Of a DNA stretch of 64,000 bases, positions 38,436-47,627 are shown piece after piece. Source of the DNA: Candidatus Dormiibacterota bacterium (lineage in GTDB: Bacteria; Chloroflexota; Dormibacteria; Aeolococcales; Aeolococcaceae); assembly GCA_963777445.1 (NCBI GenBank), contig CAVZQR010000011.1:3697-67696 (forward strand), read 5' to 3'. The notes under the pieces were generated by a model. The model was not told the origin of the DNA and made no database searches. It worked only from the letters and a program-made list of their open reading frames with translations. Made by a program: the position numbers and the translations under genes. Position 1 is the first letter of the stretch. Every line of letters starts with the position of its first letter.

Positions 38436-39539
38436 ATGCCCCGAAATTCGGCGCTCGTGTCCATCGTGGCGGCGACCCGGAGTTATGAGTCGTGGGTGGG
38501 CCGGCAGGTCCCCCTGGTGCGATCCGATATCGCCTTCAAGCACGAGCAGATGGCGCTCGCGCCCTTTCCCTTCCTCCGCTCGACGTTCTATCGCTGGGTC
38601 CAGGCCTGGGAGGAGCGGTGCCCGGAGCTGGCGCGAGCGCCGAAGGTGCTGGCGGTGGGGGACCTGCACACGGAGAACTTCGGGACCTGGCGTGACACCG
38701 AGGGTCGACTGATCTGGGGGATCAACGACTTCGACGAGGCCTTTCCGATGGCGTATACGAACGACCTGGTCCGGCTGGCGACCTCGGCGCGGCTGTCGAT
38801 CTCCGCGGGAACCCTGGTGCTCACGCCGCGGGCCGCGTGCAGCGCCATCCTCGACGGATATCGCGCGTCACTCCTGCGCGGGGGCAGACCGTTTGTGCTC
38901 GCCGAGGCGCATCCGGTGCTCCGACACGACGCTCAGTCCGAGTTGCGAGACCCGGTTCGATTCTGGGCCGCCATGGGGGGATTGCCCCCGGCGCGCCATC
39001 CGGCGGCTGCGGCGGTGACCCTCCTGCGCCGCCAGTTCCGGAGCAGCGAGGACCCTCGCTACGTGACCCGACGTGCGGGTCTCGGCAGCCTCGGGCATCC
39101 GCGCTTTGTCGCCGTCGCCGAGCATTCGGGTGGCTGGATCGCCCGCGAAGCCAAGCAACTGGTCGCATCGGGCGTCGCCTGGGCGGCAGGGGACCCCGGG
39201 GCCGTCGCGATCCATTACCCCACGATCGTCCGGCGGGCGGTGCGCTGCGCCGATCCCTTCCTGGAAATCCGCGGCCGCTGGGTGCTCCGCCGCCTGGCCC
39301 CCGACTGCAGCCGCATCGAGTTCACGGTGGCGCGCCTGGCGTCCGAGCAGACGGAGTTGCTCCATGCGATGGGCGCCGAGACGGCCAATGTCCACATCGG
39401 GTCGGGCACAAGCCGGATGAGGGCGGTCACCGCGGACCTCGACAAACGCCCCGCCGACTGGCTCAAGGTCGCGTCGCGCGCCATGGAACGAGCGACCACC
39501 GCCGACTATCTCGACTGGCAGCACGCGCAGCGCGGCTGA
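38436..39539 (+). CDS. DUF2252 family protein
   Basis: PFPFLRSTFY, GDLHTENFG, INDFDEA, AGLGSLG. Start may be GTG 38457. Confidence 0.8.
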   Translation: MPRNSALVSIVAATRSYESWVGRQVPLVRSDIAFKHEQMALAPFPFLRSTFYRWVQAWEERCPELARAPKVLAVGDLHTENFGTWRDTEGRLIWGINDFDEAFPMAYTNDLVRLATSARLSISAGTLVLTPRAACSAILDGYRASLLRGGRPFVLAEAHPVLRHDAQSELRDPVRFWAAMGGLPPARHPAAAAVTLLRRQFRSSEDPRYVTRRAGLGSLGHPRFVAVAEHSGGWIAREAKQLVASGVAWAAGDPGAVAIHYPTIVRRAVRCADPFLEIRGRWVLRRLAPDCSRIEFTVARLASEQTELLHAMGAETANVHIGSGTSRMRAVTADLDKRPADWLKVASRAMERATTADYLDWQHAQRG

Positions 39540-39542
39540 CCG

Positions 39543-41687
39543 CTACACGCGGAGCAGCGCGACCAGTGATCGCCCGGCCACGGTCATCTCTTCACCGGGA
39601 TGGTGATGCCGCGTCGATGGGGTGACGTCACGTTCGGCGGTATCGGCGAAGACCGACCACAGGTCGCCCCATCCGCTCGGAATGGTCCAGACGATCTGGT
39701 CCTCCCCGGCATGGAGCAGCACCATCAACGTGCCACCGCGGATGCGCCGGCCCCGCGGGTCGCGATCGGGGATCTCGTCGCCGTTGAGGATCATCCCGAG
39801 CGAGCGCTGGCCCTCGTCGAACCACTCGCGGTCGCCGACCTCGCGCCCGGACGGCAGGAACCAGGCGATGTCCTTGCGGCCCGACCCGTGGACGGCCTGT
39901 CCCGAGAAGAAGTTGCGCCTGCGCAGCACCGGGTCGCTGCGCCGCAGCGCGACCATCCGGGCGACGAAGGCGAGCATCGGCTCGTCGAGATGCTCCCAGT
40001 CGATCCACGAGACCTCGTTGTCCTGGCAGTACGCATTGTTGTTGCCGTGCTGGGTGCGGCCGATCTCGTCGCCGCCCAGCAGCATCGGGCATCCCTCCGA
40101 CAGCAGGACCGTGGCGATCAGGTTGCGGCGCTGGCGTGCACGCAACTCGAGGATCGCCGGGTCGTCACTTGGGCCCTCGACCCCGCAATTCCATGAGCGG
40201 TTGTCGTCGTTGCCGTCCTTGTTGCTCTCGCCGTTCTCCAGGTTGTGCTTCTCGTTGTACGAAACGAGGTCCGTCAGCGTGAAGCCGTCGTGGGCGGTGA
40301 CGAAGTTGATGCTCGCCGACGGTTGACGACCGTCACCCTGGTACAGGTCACTCGATCCCGTGAGCCGGTACGCAAGGTCGCGGATGCCGGTGGTGCCGCG
40401 CCAGAAGTCGCGCACCGTGTCGCGGAACGCGCCGTTCCACTCCGCCCAGCGAACCGGGAAATTGCCGACCTGGTACCCACCCGCACCGACATCCCACGGT
40501 TCGGCGACGAGCTTCACGCGCGACAGCACAGGATCCTGGTGGATGATGTCGAAGAATGCCGAGAGGCGGTCGACATCGTAGAACTGGCGCGCAAGAGCAG
40601 AGGCGAGATCGAAGCGGAACCCGTCCACGTGCATCTCGATGACCCAGTAGCGAAGACTGTCCATGATGAGCTGCAGCGTGTGCGGATTTCGGACGTTGAG
40701 ACTGTTCCCGGTGCCGGTGACATCGAAGTAGAAGCGAGGGTCCTCGTCCTCGAGCCGGTAGTACGCCGGGTTGTCGATCCCGCGAAAGCTCAGCGTCGGC
40801 CCCAGGTGGTTGCCCTCGCCGGTGTGGTTGTAGACGACGTCGAGGATCACCTCGAGTCCCGCGGCGTGGAGCGCGCGCACCATCGCCTTGAACTCACGCA
40901 CCTGTTCGCCGTTGGTCCCGGACGACGAGTACCGTCCCTCCGGTGCGAAGTAGCCGATCGAGTCGTATCCCCAGTAGTTGACGAGGTTGCGTTCCACGAG
41001 CTGTGCCGAGTCGAACCAGTGATGCACCGGCATCAGCTCGACGGCGGTCACGCCGATCCGGGTGAGGTGCTCGATCGCCGCGGGGTGTGCGAGGCCGGCG
41101 TACGTGCCGCGGAGCGACTCGGGGACGTCCGGATGGCGCCTGGTGAATCCCTTGACGTGGAGCTCATAGATGATCGTGTCCGACCAGGGGGTGTTGGGGC
41201 GCCGGTCATCCCCCCATGGGAACGACTGGTCGACGACGACGCAGCGGGGCATCGCGGGCGCGGAGTCGACGCCGCTGATGCGCATGTCGTCGCCGCCCAC
41301 CCGGTACCCGAACAGGGCGCGCCCGTGGCGGAACCGTCCGGCGATGGCACGGGCATAGGGATCGAGGAGCAGCTTGGCCGGGTTGTGGCGCAGCCCGTCG
41401 TGAGGTGCGTACCGACCGTGCACCCGGAACCCGTATCGCTGACCCGGGCCGACGTTGGCGATGTAGCCGTGCCAGACCAGGTCCGTCCGCTCAACCAGTG
41501 GATGGGTCGCGAGCTCGGCGCCTCGCTCGTCGAAGAGCACGAGGTCGATGGCCTCGGCGCTCTCGGAGAAGATCGCGAAGTTGGTCCCCGACCCGTCCCA
41601 GGTGGCGCCGAGCGGGGCGTCGGTCCCCGGCCAGGCGGAACGTCCGTCGGGCGCGCGTCCGGCGGCAGAAGGCTCTGGAACAGTCAT
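39543..41687 (-). CDS. glgX: Glycogen debranching enzyme
   Basis: PLGATWDG, YELHVKGFT, NYWGYD, DVVYNHT, DGFRFDLA, AEPWD, FVTAHDGFTL. Confidence 0.95.
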   Translation of the reverse strand: MTVPEPSAAGRAPDGRSAWPGTDAPLGATWDGSGTNFAIFSESAEAIDLVLFDERGAELATHPLVERTDLVWHGYIANVGPGQRYGFRVHGRYAPHDGLRHNPAKLLLDPYARAIAGRFRHGRALFGYRVGGDDMRISGVDSAPAMPRCVVVDQSFPWGDDRRPNTPWSDTIIYELHVKGFTRRHPDVPESLRGTYAGLAHPAAIEHLTRIGVTAVELMPVHHWFDSAQLVERNLVNYWGYDSIGYFAPEGRYSSSGTNGEQVREFKAMVRALHAAGLEVILDVVYNHTGEGNHLGPTLSFRGIDNPAYYRLEDEDPRFYFDVTGTGNSLNVRNPHTLQLIMDSLRYWVIEMHVDGFRFDLASALARQFYDVDRLSAFFDIIHQDPVLSRVKLVAEPWDVGAGGYQVGNFPVRWAEWNGAFRDTVRDFWRGTTGIRDLAYRLTGSSDLYQGDGRQPSASINFVTAHDGFTLTDLVSYNEKHNLENGESNKDGNDDNRSWNCGVEGPSDDPAILELRARQRRNLIATVLLSEGCPMLLGGDEIGRTQHGNNNAYCQDNEVSWIDWEHLDEPMLAFVARMVALRRSDPVLRRRNFFSGQAVHGSGRKDIAWFLPSGREVGDREWFDEGQRSLGMILNGDEIPDRDPRGRRIRGGTLMVLLHAGEDQIVWTIPSGWGDLWSVFADTAERDVTPSTRHHHPGEEMTVAGRSLVALLRV

Positions 41688-41722
41688 GACTCCACTCAGG
41701 TCGATGATTGCGGTCTCCCGAC

Positions 41723-43606
41723 GTGAGCGGCGCCGTGCGACGGGGCCGCCGGGCCACATGGGGAGTCCAGAGAGAGTACGTGGATGCGGCGCGCGCGCGC
41801 CGGAGGGTCAGCGCCGAGCACGCGCGGGCGGTGGAGGCGTGCATGCGCCCCGTCGACGAAGCCGGGTCCACGCCGGCGTTCGTCCCGCCGGGAGCGCGGC
41901 TGCCGAGCGGCGTGCGGAGCATCGAGCTCGAAGATGGTGGCGAGCTGGCGGGCGGTTCGGTCCTCGGTCGTGACGCGCCCTTCGGCTACCACAGGCTCGT
42001 CCTGCGCGACGGCCGCCGGGTCCCGATGGTCACCAGCCCGAGGAGATGTGCCCTTCCGGACGCGCTGACGGGATGGGGCTGGGCGGCGCAGTTGTATGCC
42101 GTTCGGTCCCGGGACGGATGGGGCGTCGGCGATCTCGGTGACCTCCGGGCGCTGGGGTCGTGGTCGCGGAAACAGGGTGCATCGATGCTCCTCGTCAACC
42201 CGCTGCACGGTGTGCGGCCTGGGATCCCCCAGGAGCCGAGCCCCTACTTTCCCTCGAGCCGTCTCTACCGCAACCCTCTGTATCTGCGCATCCAGGACAT
42301 CCACGGAGCTCGTGGTGACCCGGTGGTCGGCGAGCTGCTGCGCGAAGCCGAGAGGCTGCGCGATGCGCCGATCCTCGACCGCGACCGGGTCATGCCGCTC
42401 AAGCTTCGCGCGCTCGAGGCGCTCTGGTCTCGCTTCGGCGGCGACCCCGGCTTCGATGCCTACGTGGCGCGTGAAGGGTTGCTCCTCGAGCGTTACGCCT
42501 GCTTCTGCGTCCTTGCAGAGCGCCACACCGGCTCGTGGACCGCATGGCCCGCGCGCTACCGGCGCGCTGACGGCTCCGCGGTGCGTGAGCTCGTGAGCAG
42601 TGATCGCCCGAGGGTCAACTTCCACCGCTGGCTGCAATGGCTGCTCGACACCCAGCTCGCGCGTGCCGGCCGCGAAACGCCCCTGGTGCACGATCTCGCA
42701 GTCGGCTTCGCTCCGGATGGCGCCGATGCCTGGCTCTGGCAGGACGAGGTCGCCTCCGGCGCGCGGATCGGCGCCCCCTCCGACGACTTCAATCCAGCCG
42801 GCCAGGACTGGGGCGTGCCGCCGTTCGACCCGGCCCGGCTGCGCGCGGCCGCCTACGCACCGCTGATCGCGACGATGCGCCGGATGATGAGTGCGGGCAT
42901 CGCGCTGCGCATCGACCACGTCATGGGCCTCTTTCGCCTCTGGTGGGTCCCCCTTGGCTCCGGAGATCCGTCGTCCGGCGCCTACGTGCGCTATCCGGCG
43001 AGTGAGCTGCTCGACATCCTCGCCCTGGAAAGCACGCGGGCCGGCTGCGGGGTGGTCGGCGAGGACCTCGGCACCGTCGAGTCGGGGGTCCGCCCAGAGC
43101 TGCGCCGCCGAGGCCTGCTCTCGTACCGGTTGGCCTGGTTCGAATCGAAGCCGCCGGAGCGGTATCCAGCTCAGGCCCTCGCAGCACTGACAACGCACGA
43201 CCTGCCGACCACCGCCGGGGTATGGACCGGCGCGGATATCGCCGAGATGGAGTCAACCGGCCGTCCGGTCAACCGGGCAGCAGAGCTTGGCGTGCGGCGC
43301 AGGCTGCAGCGCCTCACCGGCGCCGCCGACGGCGATCCGGCGTCGCTCGTTGTCGAGCGCGCCTACGCGGCGCTGGCCCGCGCTCCGAGCAGGCTCGTGG
43401 TGGCCACCCTTGACGACGCGTGCCTGGCGTCCCGGCGTCCGAATCTGCCGGGCGACCTGGAGCGGCCCAACTGGTCCATCCCACTTCCGCGAACGCTGGA
43501 GCAACTGCGACGCGACCCGTTGCCCCGCCGTATCGCGGGGGCGCTCAACGCCCGCGGCTCGAGCCGGCCGTCAGGCCTCGGCGCCGACCTGTCCGGCGGG
43601 AACTGA
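41723..43606 (+). CDS. malQ: 4-alpha-glucanotransferase (GH77)
   Basis: QLYAVRS, SPYFPSSR, HDLAVG, LRIDH, GEDLG, TTHDLPT. Start uncertain. Confidence 0.9.
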   Translation: MSGAVRRGRRATWGVQREYVDAARARRRVSAEHARAVEACMRPVDEAGSTPAFVPPGARLPSGVRSIELEDGGELAGGSVLGRDAPFGYHRLVLRDGRRVPMVTSPRRCALPDALTGWGWAAQLYAVRSRDGWGVGDLGDLRALGSWSRKQGASMLLVNPLHGVRPGIPQEPSPYFPSSRLYRNPLYLRIQDIHGARGDPVVGELLREAERLRDAPILDRDRVMPLKLRALEALWSRFGGDPGFDAYVAREGLLLERYACFCVLAERHTGSWTAWPARYRRADGSAVRELVSSDRPRVNFHRWLQWLLDTQLARAGRETPLVHDLAVGFAPDGADAWLWQDEVASGARIGAPSDDFNPAGQDWGVPPFDPARLRAAAYAPLIATMRRMMSAGIALRIDHVMGLFRLWWVPLGSGDPSSGAYVRYPASELLDILALESTRAGCGVVGEDLGTVESGVRPELRRRGLLSYRLAWFESKPPERYPAQALAALTTHDLPTTAGVWTGADIAEMESTGRPVNRAAELGVRRRLQRLTGAADGDPASLVVERAYAALARAPSRLVVATLDDACLASRRPNLPGDLERPNWSIPLPRTLEQLRRDPLPRRIAGALNARGSSRPSGLGADLSGGN

Positions 43607-43984
43607 CTCCGCGGCCGCTCGCGCGGCGGTTGCCGCCTGACTGGGATCGTCGCCGATCGCAGCGATCCCGGCGGTGAGCGTCAGCTCGAGCGCGAGCCGG
43701 CGCATCTGCACGAAGACCCGCTCGGCGAGCGCCTTGCCGGAGGCGATCCCACCATCCCGGACCAGAACCAGTGCCGCGCCATCGTCGAGCACGCACACGG
43801 GCTCGTCGGCACGTGAGAACGCCATCACGAGGGAGGCGTAACCGCCGCGCGCTGCCGGTGGGATGGAGGAGTCGACGACGAAGGCGCAGCAGGCGCCGTC
43901 GGGACCGACCTCGGCGGCCGTCTGGTTGAACTCGGCAAGCGTGACCTGCCAGGGCAGGAGCGAAAGGGTGCGCGGCTCGCTCAT
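43571..43984 (-). CDS. Hypothetical protein, possible degenerate GGDEF-like fold
   Basis: SRADEPVCVLDDGAALVLV...LTAGIA resembles GGDEF topology without the signature motif. Confidence 0.5.
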   Translation of the reverse strand: MSEPRTLSLLPWQVTLAEFNQTAAEVGPDGACCAFVVDSSIPPAARGGYASLVMAFSRADEPVCVLDDGAALVLVRDGGIASGKALAERVFVQMRRLALELTLTAGIAAIGDDPSQAATAARAAAESVPAGQVGAEA

Positions 43985-44018
43985 CGCGATGATGGTCGCA
44001 TGCGCATGATCTTGGCGC

Positions 44019-44465
44019 TCATGCGCCGACGAGGAAGATCTGCTCGAGCTCCGCAAGTGCGGCCTGGCGCTCGGCGACCGGGCTGCCACCCGCCTCGCGC
44101 CAGCGCAACAATGCCTCGACGGCCTCCACGAGTTCGCGAGCCAGGAGCGGCTTGCTGAGCGCGCCGACACCTGCGACGGGTTGCCGCCGGGCGCGGATTG
44201 CGCCGGTGACGAAGCTGATCGGGAGCCGTTCGAACGCCGGGTCTTCGAGGATTGCGCGAGCCAGGCCCATGCCGTGCATGTCGGGCAGGATTCCGTCGAT
44301 CAGGATCACGGCTGTCGCGGACCCGCGGAGCACCGCCATCGCCTCCTCACCCGTGCGCACCCCGACCGCGAGATAGCCGCCGGCCTCCAGGGCGAAGCTC
44401 AGGAATCCGCGGACGCCGGCATCGTCTTCGACGATGAGCACTGCAGGAGCATCGGTTTCGACCAT
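44019..44465 (-). CDS. Single-domain response regulator
   Basis: LIVEDD, LIDGILPDMHG, VTG, SKP. Confidence 0.85.
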   Translation of the reverse strand: MVETDAPAVLIVEDDAGVRGFLSFALEAGGYLAVGVRTGEEAMAVLRGSATAVILIDGILPDMHGMGLARAILEDPAFERLPISFVTGAIRARRQPVAGVGALSKPLLARELVEAVEALLRWREAGGSPVAERQAALAELEQIFLVGA

Positions 44466-44521
44466 CGCGGCCGGATCATAACCGCCGCCCTCGAGTTGCA
44501 CGCCCGATCAGTGCACACCTT

Positions 44522-45523
44522 TCATCGACCCGTCACGGTCTGCGAGCGGCGATGCGCGCAGTCATTGGTGTTGTGGTGGCAGCCGCAGGTGTCCATCGTC
44601 TCGAGGAGCAGGAGGTCGCTGCCGGGGTAGTGGAGCACCGGTACGCCGTCAGATGAGCTGGCGGTGGCCACGCGAGCGGATTTGACGTACACGGCTCTGC
44701 CCTCACGCATCACCCAGGGGAGCATGTTGGGGGCGCCGGCCCGCACCATCCGCTCGGCTTCCTCTGCTGACCCCGCCTCGTCCAGCGAACGGTGCCCGAC
44801 GGAGGTGCGATAGGAGGACGTTGCCATGTCGGGCGGGATGCCCGGGGCGTCGTGGAGGAGCCCGTCCACCGCCTCGGGCAGCAGCGCCATGCCGGCTTCG
44901 ACCAGCCGCCTGGTCAGCGTTCCCGCAGTGTCGCCCGGGAGGATCGGCACCCTGGCCTGGGCAAGGATCGGGCCCGAATCAACCTTCGGCGCGGCCTTGT
45001 GCATGGAGATGCCGGTGATCGGCGCGCCATCAGCGATCGCCCAATACACCGGCTCGGGGCCTCGGTACGCGGGGAGCAGGCTCGGGTGGACGTTGAGCCA
45101 GCCATGCTTGGGGAGCGCGAGCGCCCGCGGTCCGACGATCTGGTCGAAGCTCGCCATCACCACGGCGTCGAGGCCGAGCTCGTCGAGCTCGAATCGTGAG
45201 TGCTCGTCGTTGATCCGCCACGCGCGGATCAGCGGGATGCCGAGGTGATCGGCGATCCGGCTCAGCGCGTTGTCGCCGAGGATCGCCGGGTGCGCGCCCG
45301 GTGACGTGATGATGCCCACGGGCTGGACGTCGAGCTGCAGGAGCCGGAGCAGGAAGGCGAGGCTGAAGTCCGATGGGAAGCCGGCGAAGGCGACGCGGGG
45401 CCCGCTGCCGGGCGTGATCGTGCCCGGCGGCGGCGGCAGATCGCGATCAGGGATGAACGTGAGGATCTCGCGGGCCCAGAGGCCCCGGCCGACCGCGTCG
45501 AGGTATGCGGAAGAGGTGGCCAC
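44522..45523 (-). CDS. Formyltransferase family protein (Fmt-like N-terminal domain)
   Basis: NVHPSLLPAYRGPEP, VDSGPIL; GTG start just after the glycosylase stop. Confidence 0.8.
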   Translation of the reverse strand: MATSSAYLDAVGRGLWAREILTFIPDRDLPPPPGTITPGSGPRVAFAGFPSDFSLAFLLRLLQLDVQPVGIITSPGAHPAILGDNALSRIADHLGIPLIRAWRINDEHSRFELDELGLDAVVMASFDQIVGPRALALPKHGWLNVHPSLLPAYRGPEPVYWAIADGAPITGISMHKAAPKVDSGPILAQARVPILPGDTAGTLTRRLVEAGMALLPEAVDGLLHDAPGIPPDMATSSYRTSVGHRSLDEAGSAEEAERMVRAGAPNMLPWVMREGRAVYVKSARVATASSSDGVPVLHYPGSDLLLLETMDTCGCHHNTNDCAHRRSQTVTGR

Positions 45524-45524
45524 G

Positions 45525-46385
45525 TCAATTGATCCTAACCATGCGCGGGGTCGGACCAACCAATCCCTCGTGGACGAGGGCATCGAGCACCACGGCGATG
45601 TCTGTCGAGGTCCGCGCAGCGGCCGGCGCACCCGCTCGCGTCTGCAGGTCGGCGATGGTTCGCGGCGGCGGGTCGGCGAGCATGGCGCGCAACACGGCAC
45701 CGCGAAGCTCTCGTGTGCTCCCGCGATATCGCGGCGAGCGTCGCAGCGGCTCGGGTGGCGCGGCGGTGAGCCGGCTTCGCGACCGGCAGGCCGCGGCGAG
45801 CGGGCATCCGTGACAGAGCGGCCGCGCTCTGCAGTGGAGCGCTCCGGCATCGAAGAGCGCGTACGTGAAGTCGCGTGCGCTCATTCCCCGGGGTCGCCCT
45901 GCCGCGAGTTGCTCCTCGATGGAGGTTCGCCCGACCTCACCCGGCTCTCTGCCGAGAGCGGCCCTCGCCGTGATCCTGGCGATATTCACGTCCTGAGGCG
46001 GGACCGACGACGCTCCGAACCCCAGGACCCTCAGCGCCCTCGCCGTGTAGGGACCAACCCCTGGGAGAGCCCGCAAGCCCGCCTCGGTGTCCGGCCAGCC
46101 GGCGGCGCCGACCGCTCGGGCCGTGTCGTGAAGTGCCCGGGCTCGTCGCGGGTAGCCCAGTCCCTGCCACTCGCGCAGCACCGCGGCGAGCGGCGTCGCC
46201 GCGCACGCCTCCGGCGTGGGCCAGCGTTCGAGGAACGCCTCCCAGCGGCCCGCAACGCGGGCAACCTGGGTCTGCTGGAGCATCACCTCGCTGACGAGGA
46301 TCGCCCAGGGCTCGGCAGTCGCTCGCCACGGCAGGTCGTGCCGTCCCTCCAACCGGTACCAACGCGCGAGCCCGCGGGTCCACAC
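45525..46385 (-). CDS. mutY: A/G-specific adenine glycosylase, MutY-like (short form)
   Basis: [21 protein letters not shown], Hh[13 protein letters not shown], four-Cys cluster motif. Confidence 0.75.
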   Translation of the reverse strand: MWTRGLARWYRLEGRHDLPWRATAEPWAILVSEVMLQQTQVARVAGRWEAFLERWPTPEACAATPLAAVLREWQGLGYPRRARALHDTARAVGAAGWPDTEAGLRALPGVGPYTARALRVLGFGASSVPPQDVNIARITARAALGREPGEVGRTSIEEQLAAGRPRGMSARDFTYALFDAGALHCRARPLCHGCPLAAACRSRSRLTAAPPEPLRRSPRYRGSTRELRGAVLRAMLADPPPRTIADLQTRAGAPAAARTSTDIAVVLDALVHEGLVGPTPRMVRIN

Positions 46386-46438
46386 GCGGCGCAGTTTGTC
46401 AGACTGCGTGCTTCCGGCATCTTGAGGAGACCACCAGC

Positions 46439-47530
46439 ATGGCGCAGCACACGATCACGTTGATTCCCGGCGATGGCGTGGGACCCGAGGTCAGCGATGC
46501 GGCACGCCGCGTCATCGACGCGACCGGCGTTGCCATCGACTGGGAGGTGCACGATGCCGGGCTCGGCGTCATGGAGGAGTACGGGGATCCGCTGCCGGCG
46601 CACGTGCTGGATTCGATCCGGCGCAACAAGGTGGCGATCAAGGGTCCGCTGACGACTCCGATCGGCAAGGGCATCCGGTCGGTGAACGTCGCGTTGCGGC
46701 GCGAGCTCGATCTCTTCGCGCTGATCCGCCCGTGCAAGTCATATCCCGGCGTGCGCAGCCGCTACGAGAACGTCGACCTGGTGGTGATCCGGGAGAACAG
46801 CGAGGATCTGTATGCCGGCATCGAGTTCGCCGAGGGCGAACCGGGAACGCTCGAACTGATCGCCGATATCGAACGTCTCGGTGGGCGCAAGATCGCCGCC
46901 AACTCGGGCATCAGCATCAAGCCCGCGTCCATCACGGCCACGCAGCGCGTGTTCCGCTACGGTTTCCAGTGGGCCATCGACAACGGACGCCACAAGGTGA
47001 CCGCCGTGCACAAGGCAAACATCATGAAATTCACGGAGGGGCTCTGGCTGCGCGTTGCCGAGGAGGTGAGCCACGAGTTTCCGCAGATCGAGTTCGAGGA
47101 CCGCATCGTCGACAACATGTCGATGCAGCTGGTGCAGAGGCCCGAGCTGTACGACGTGATGGTGATGCCGAACCTGTTCGGCGACATCCTCAGCGACCTG
47201 TGCGCCGGCCTCACCGGCGGACTGGGTCTTGCCCCCGGAGCCAACATCGGCGACGACGTCGCGGTGTTCGAGGCAACCCACGGCAGCGCACCCAAGTACG
47301 CCGGGCAGAACAAAGCCAACCCGATGGCGATGATGCTCAGCGGCGTGCTCATGCTTCGTCATATCGGTGAACTCTCGGCGGGCGACCGCCTCGAGCAGGC
47401 AGTCGCCCGGGTCATCGCCGAGGGTCGCAGCGTCACCTATGACATGAAGCCGGAGCGCGACGATCCCACGGCGGTCGGCACATCCCAGGTTGCGGACGCC
47501 GTCATCGAGGCCATGAGCCCGGCGCACTGA
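46439..47530 (+). CDS. Isocitrate/isopropylmalate dehydrogenase family (NAD-ICDH-like)
   Basis: [55 protein letters not shown]. Confidence 0.9.
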   Translation: MAQHTITLIPGDGVGPEVSDAARRVIDATGVAIDWEVHDAGLGVMEEYGDPLPAHVLDSIRRNKVAIKGPLTTPIGKGIRSVNVALRRELDLFALIRPCKSYPGVRSRYENVDLVVIRENSEDLYAGIEFAEGEPGTLELIADIERLGGRKIAANSGISIKPASITATQRVFRYGFQWAIDNGRHKVTAVHKANIMKFTEGLWLRVAEEVSHEFPQIEFEDRIVDNMSMQLVQRPELYDVMVMPNLFGDILSDLCAGLTGGLGLAPGANIGDDVAVFEATHGSAPKYAGQNKANPMAMMLSGVLMLRHIGELSAGDRLEQAVARVIAEGRSVTYDMKPERDDPTAVGTSQVADAVIEAMSPAH

Positions 47531-47627
47531 CGCGGCGCACTGATCGCTCGTCGCCCCTGGCGGGCCTGGAGCACCTGAGCCCTGCGCTCCGACTTCACAA
47601 AACAGTGAAGGCGCGGCAATTCGCGAA

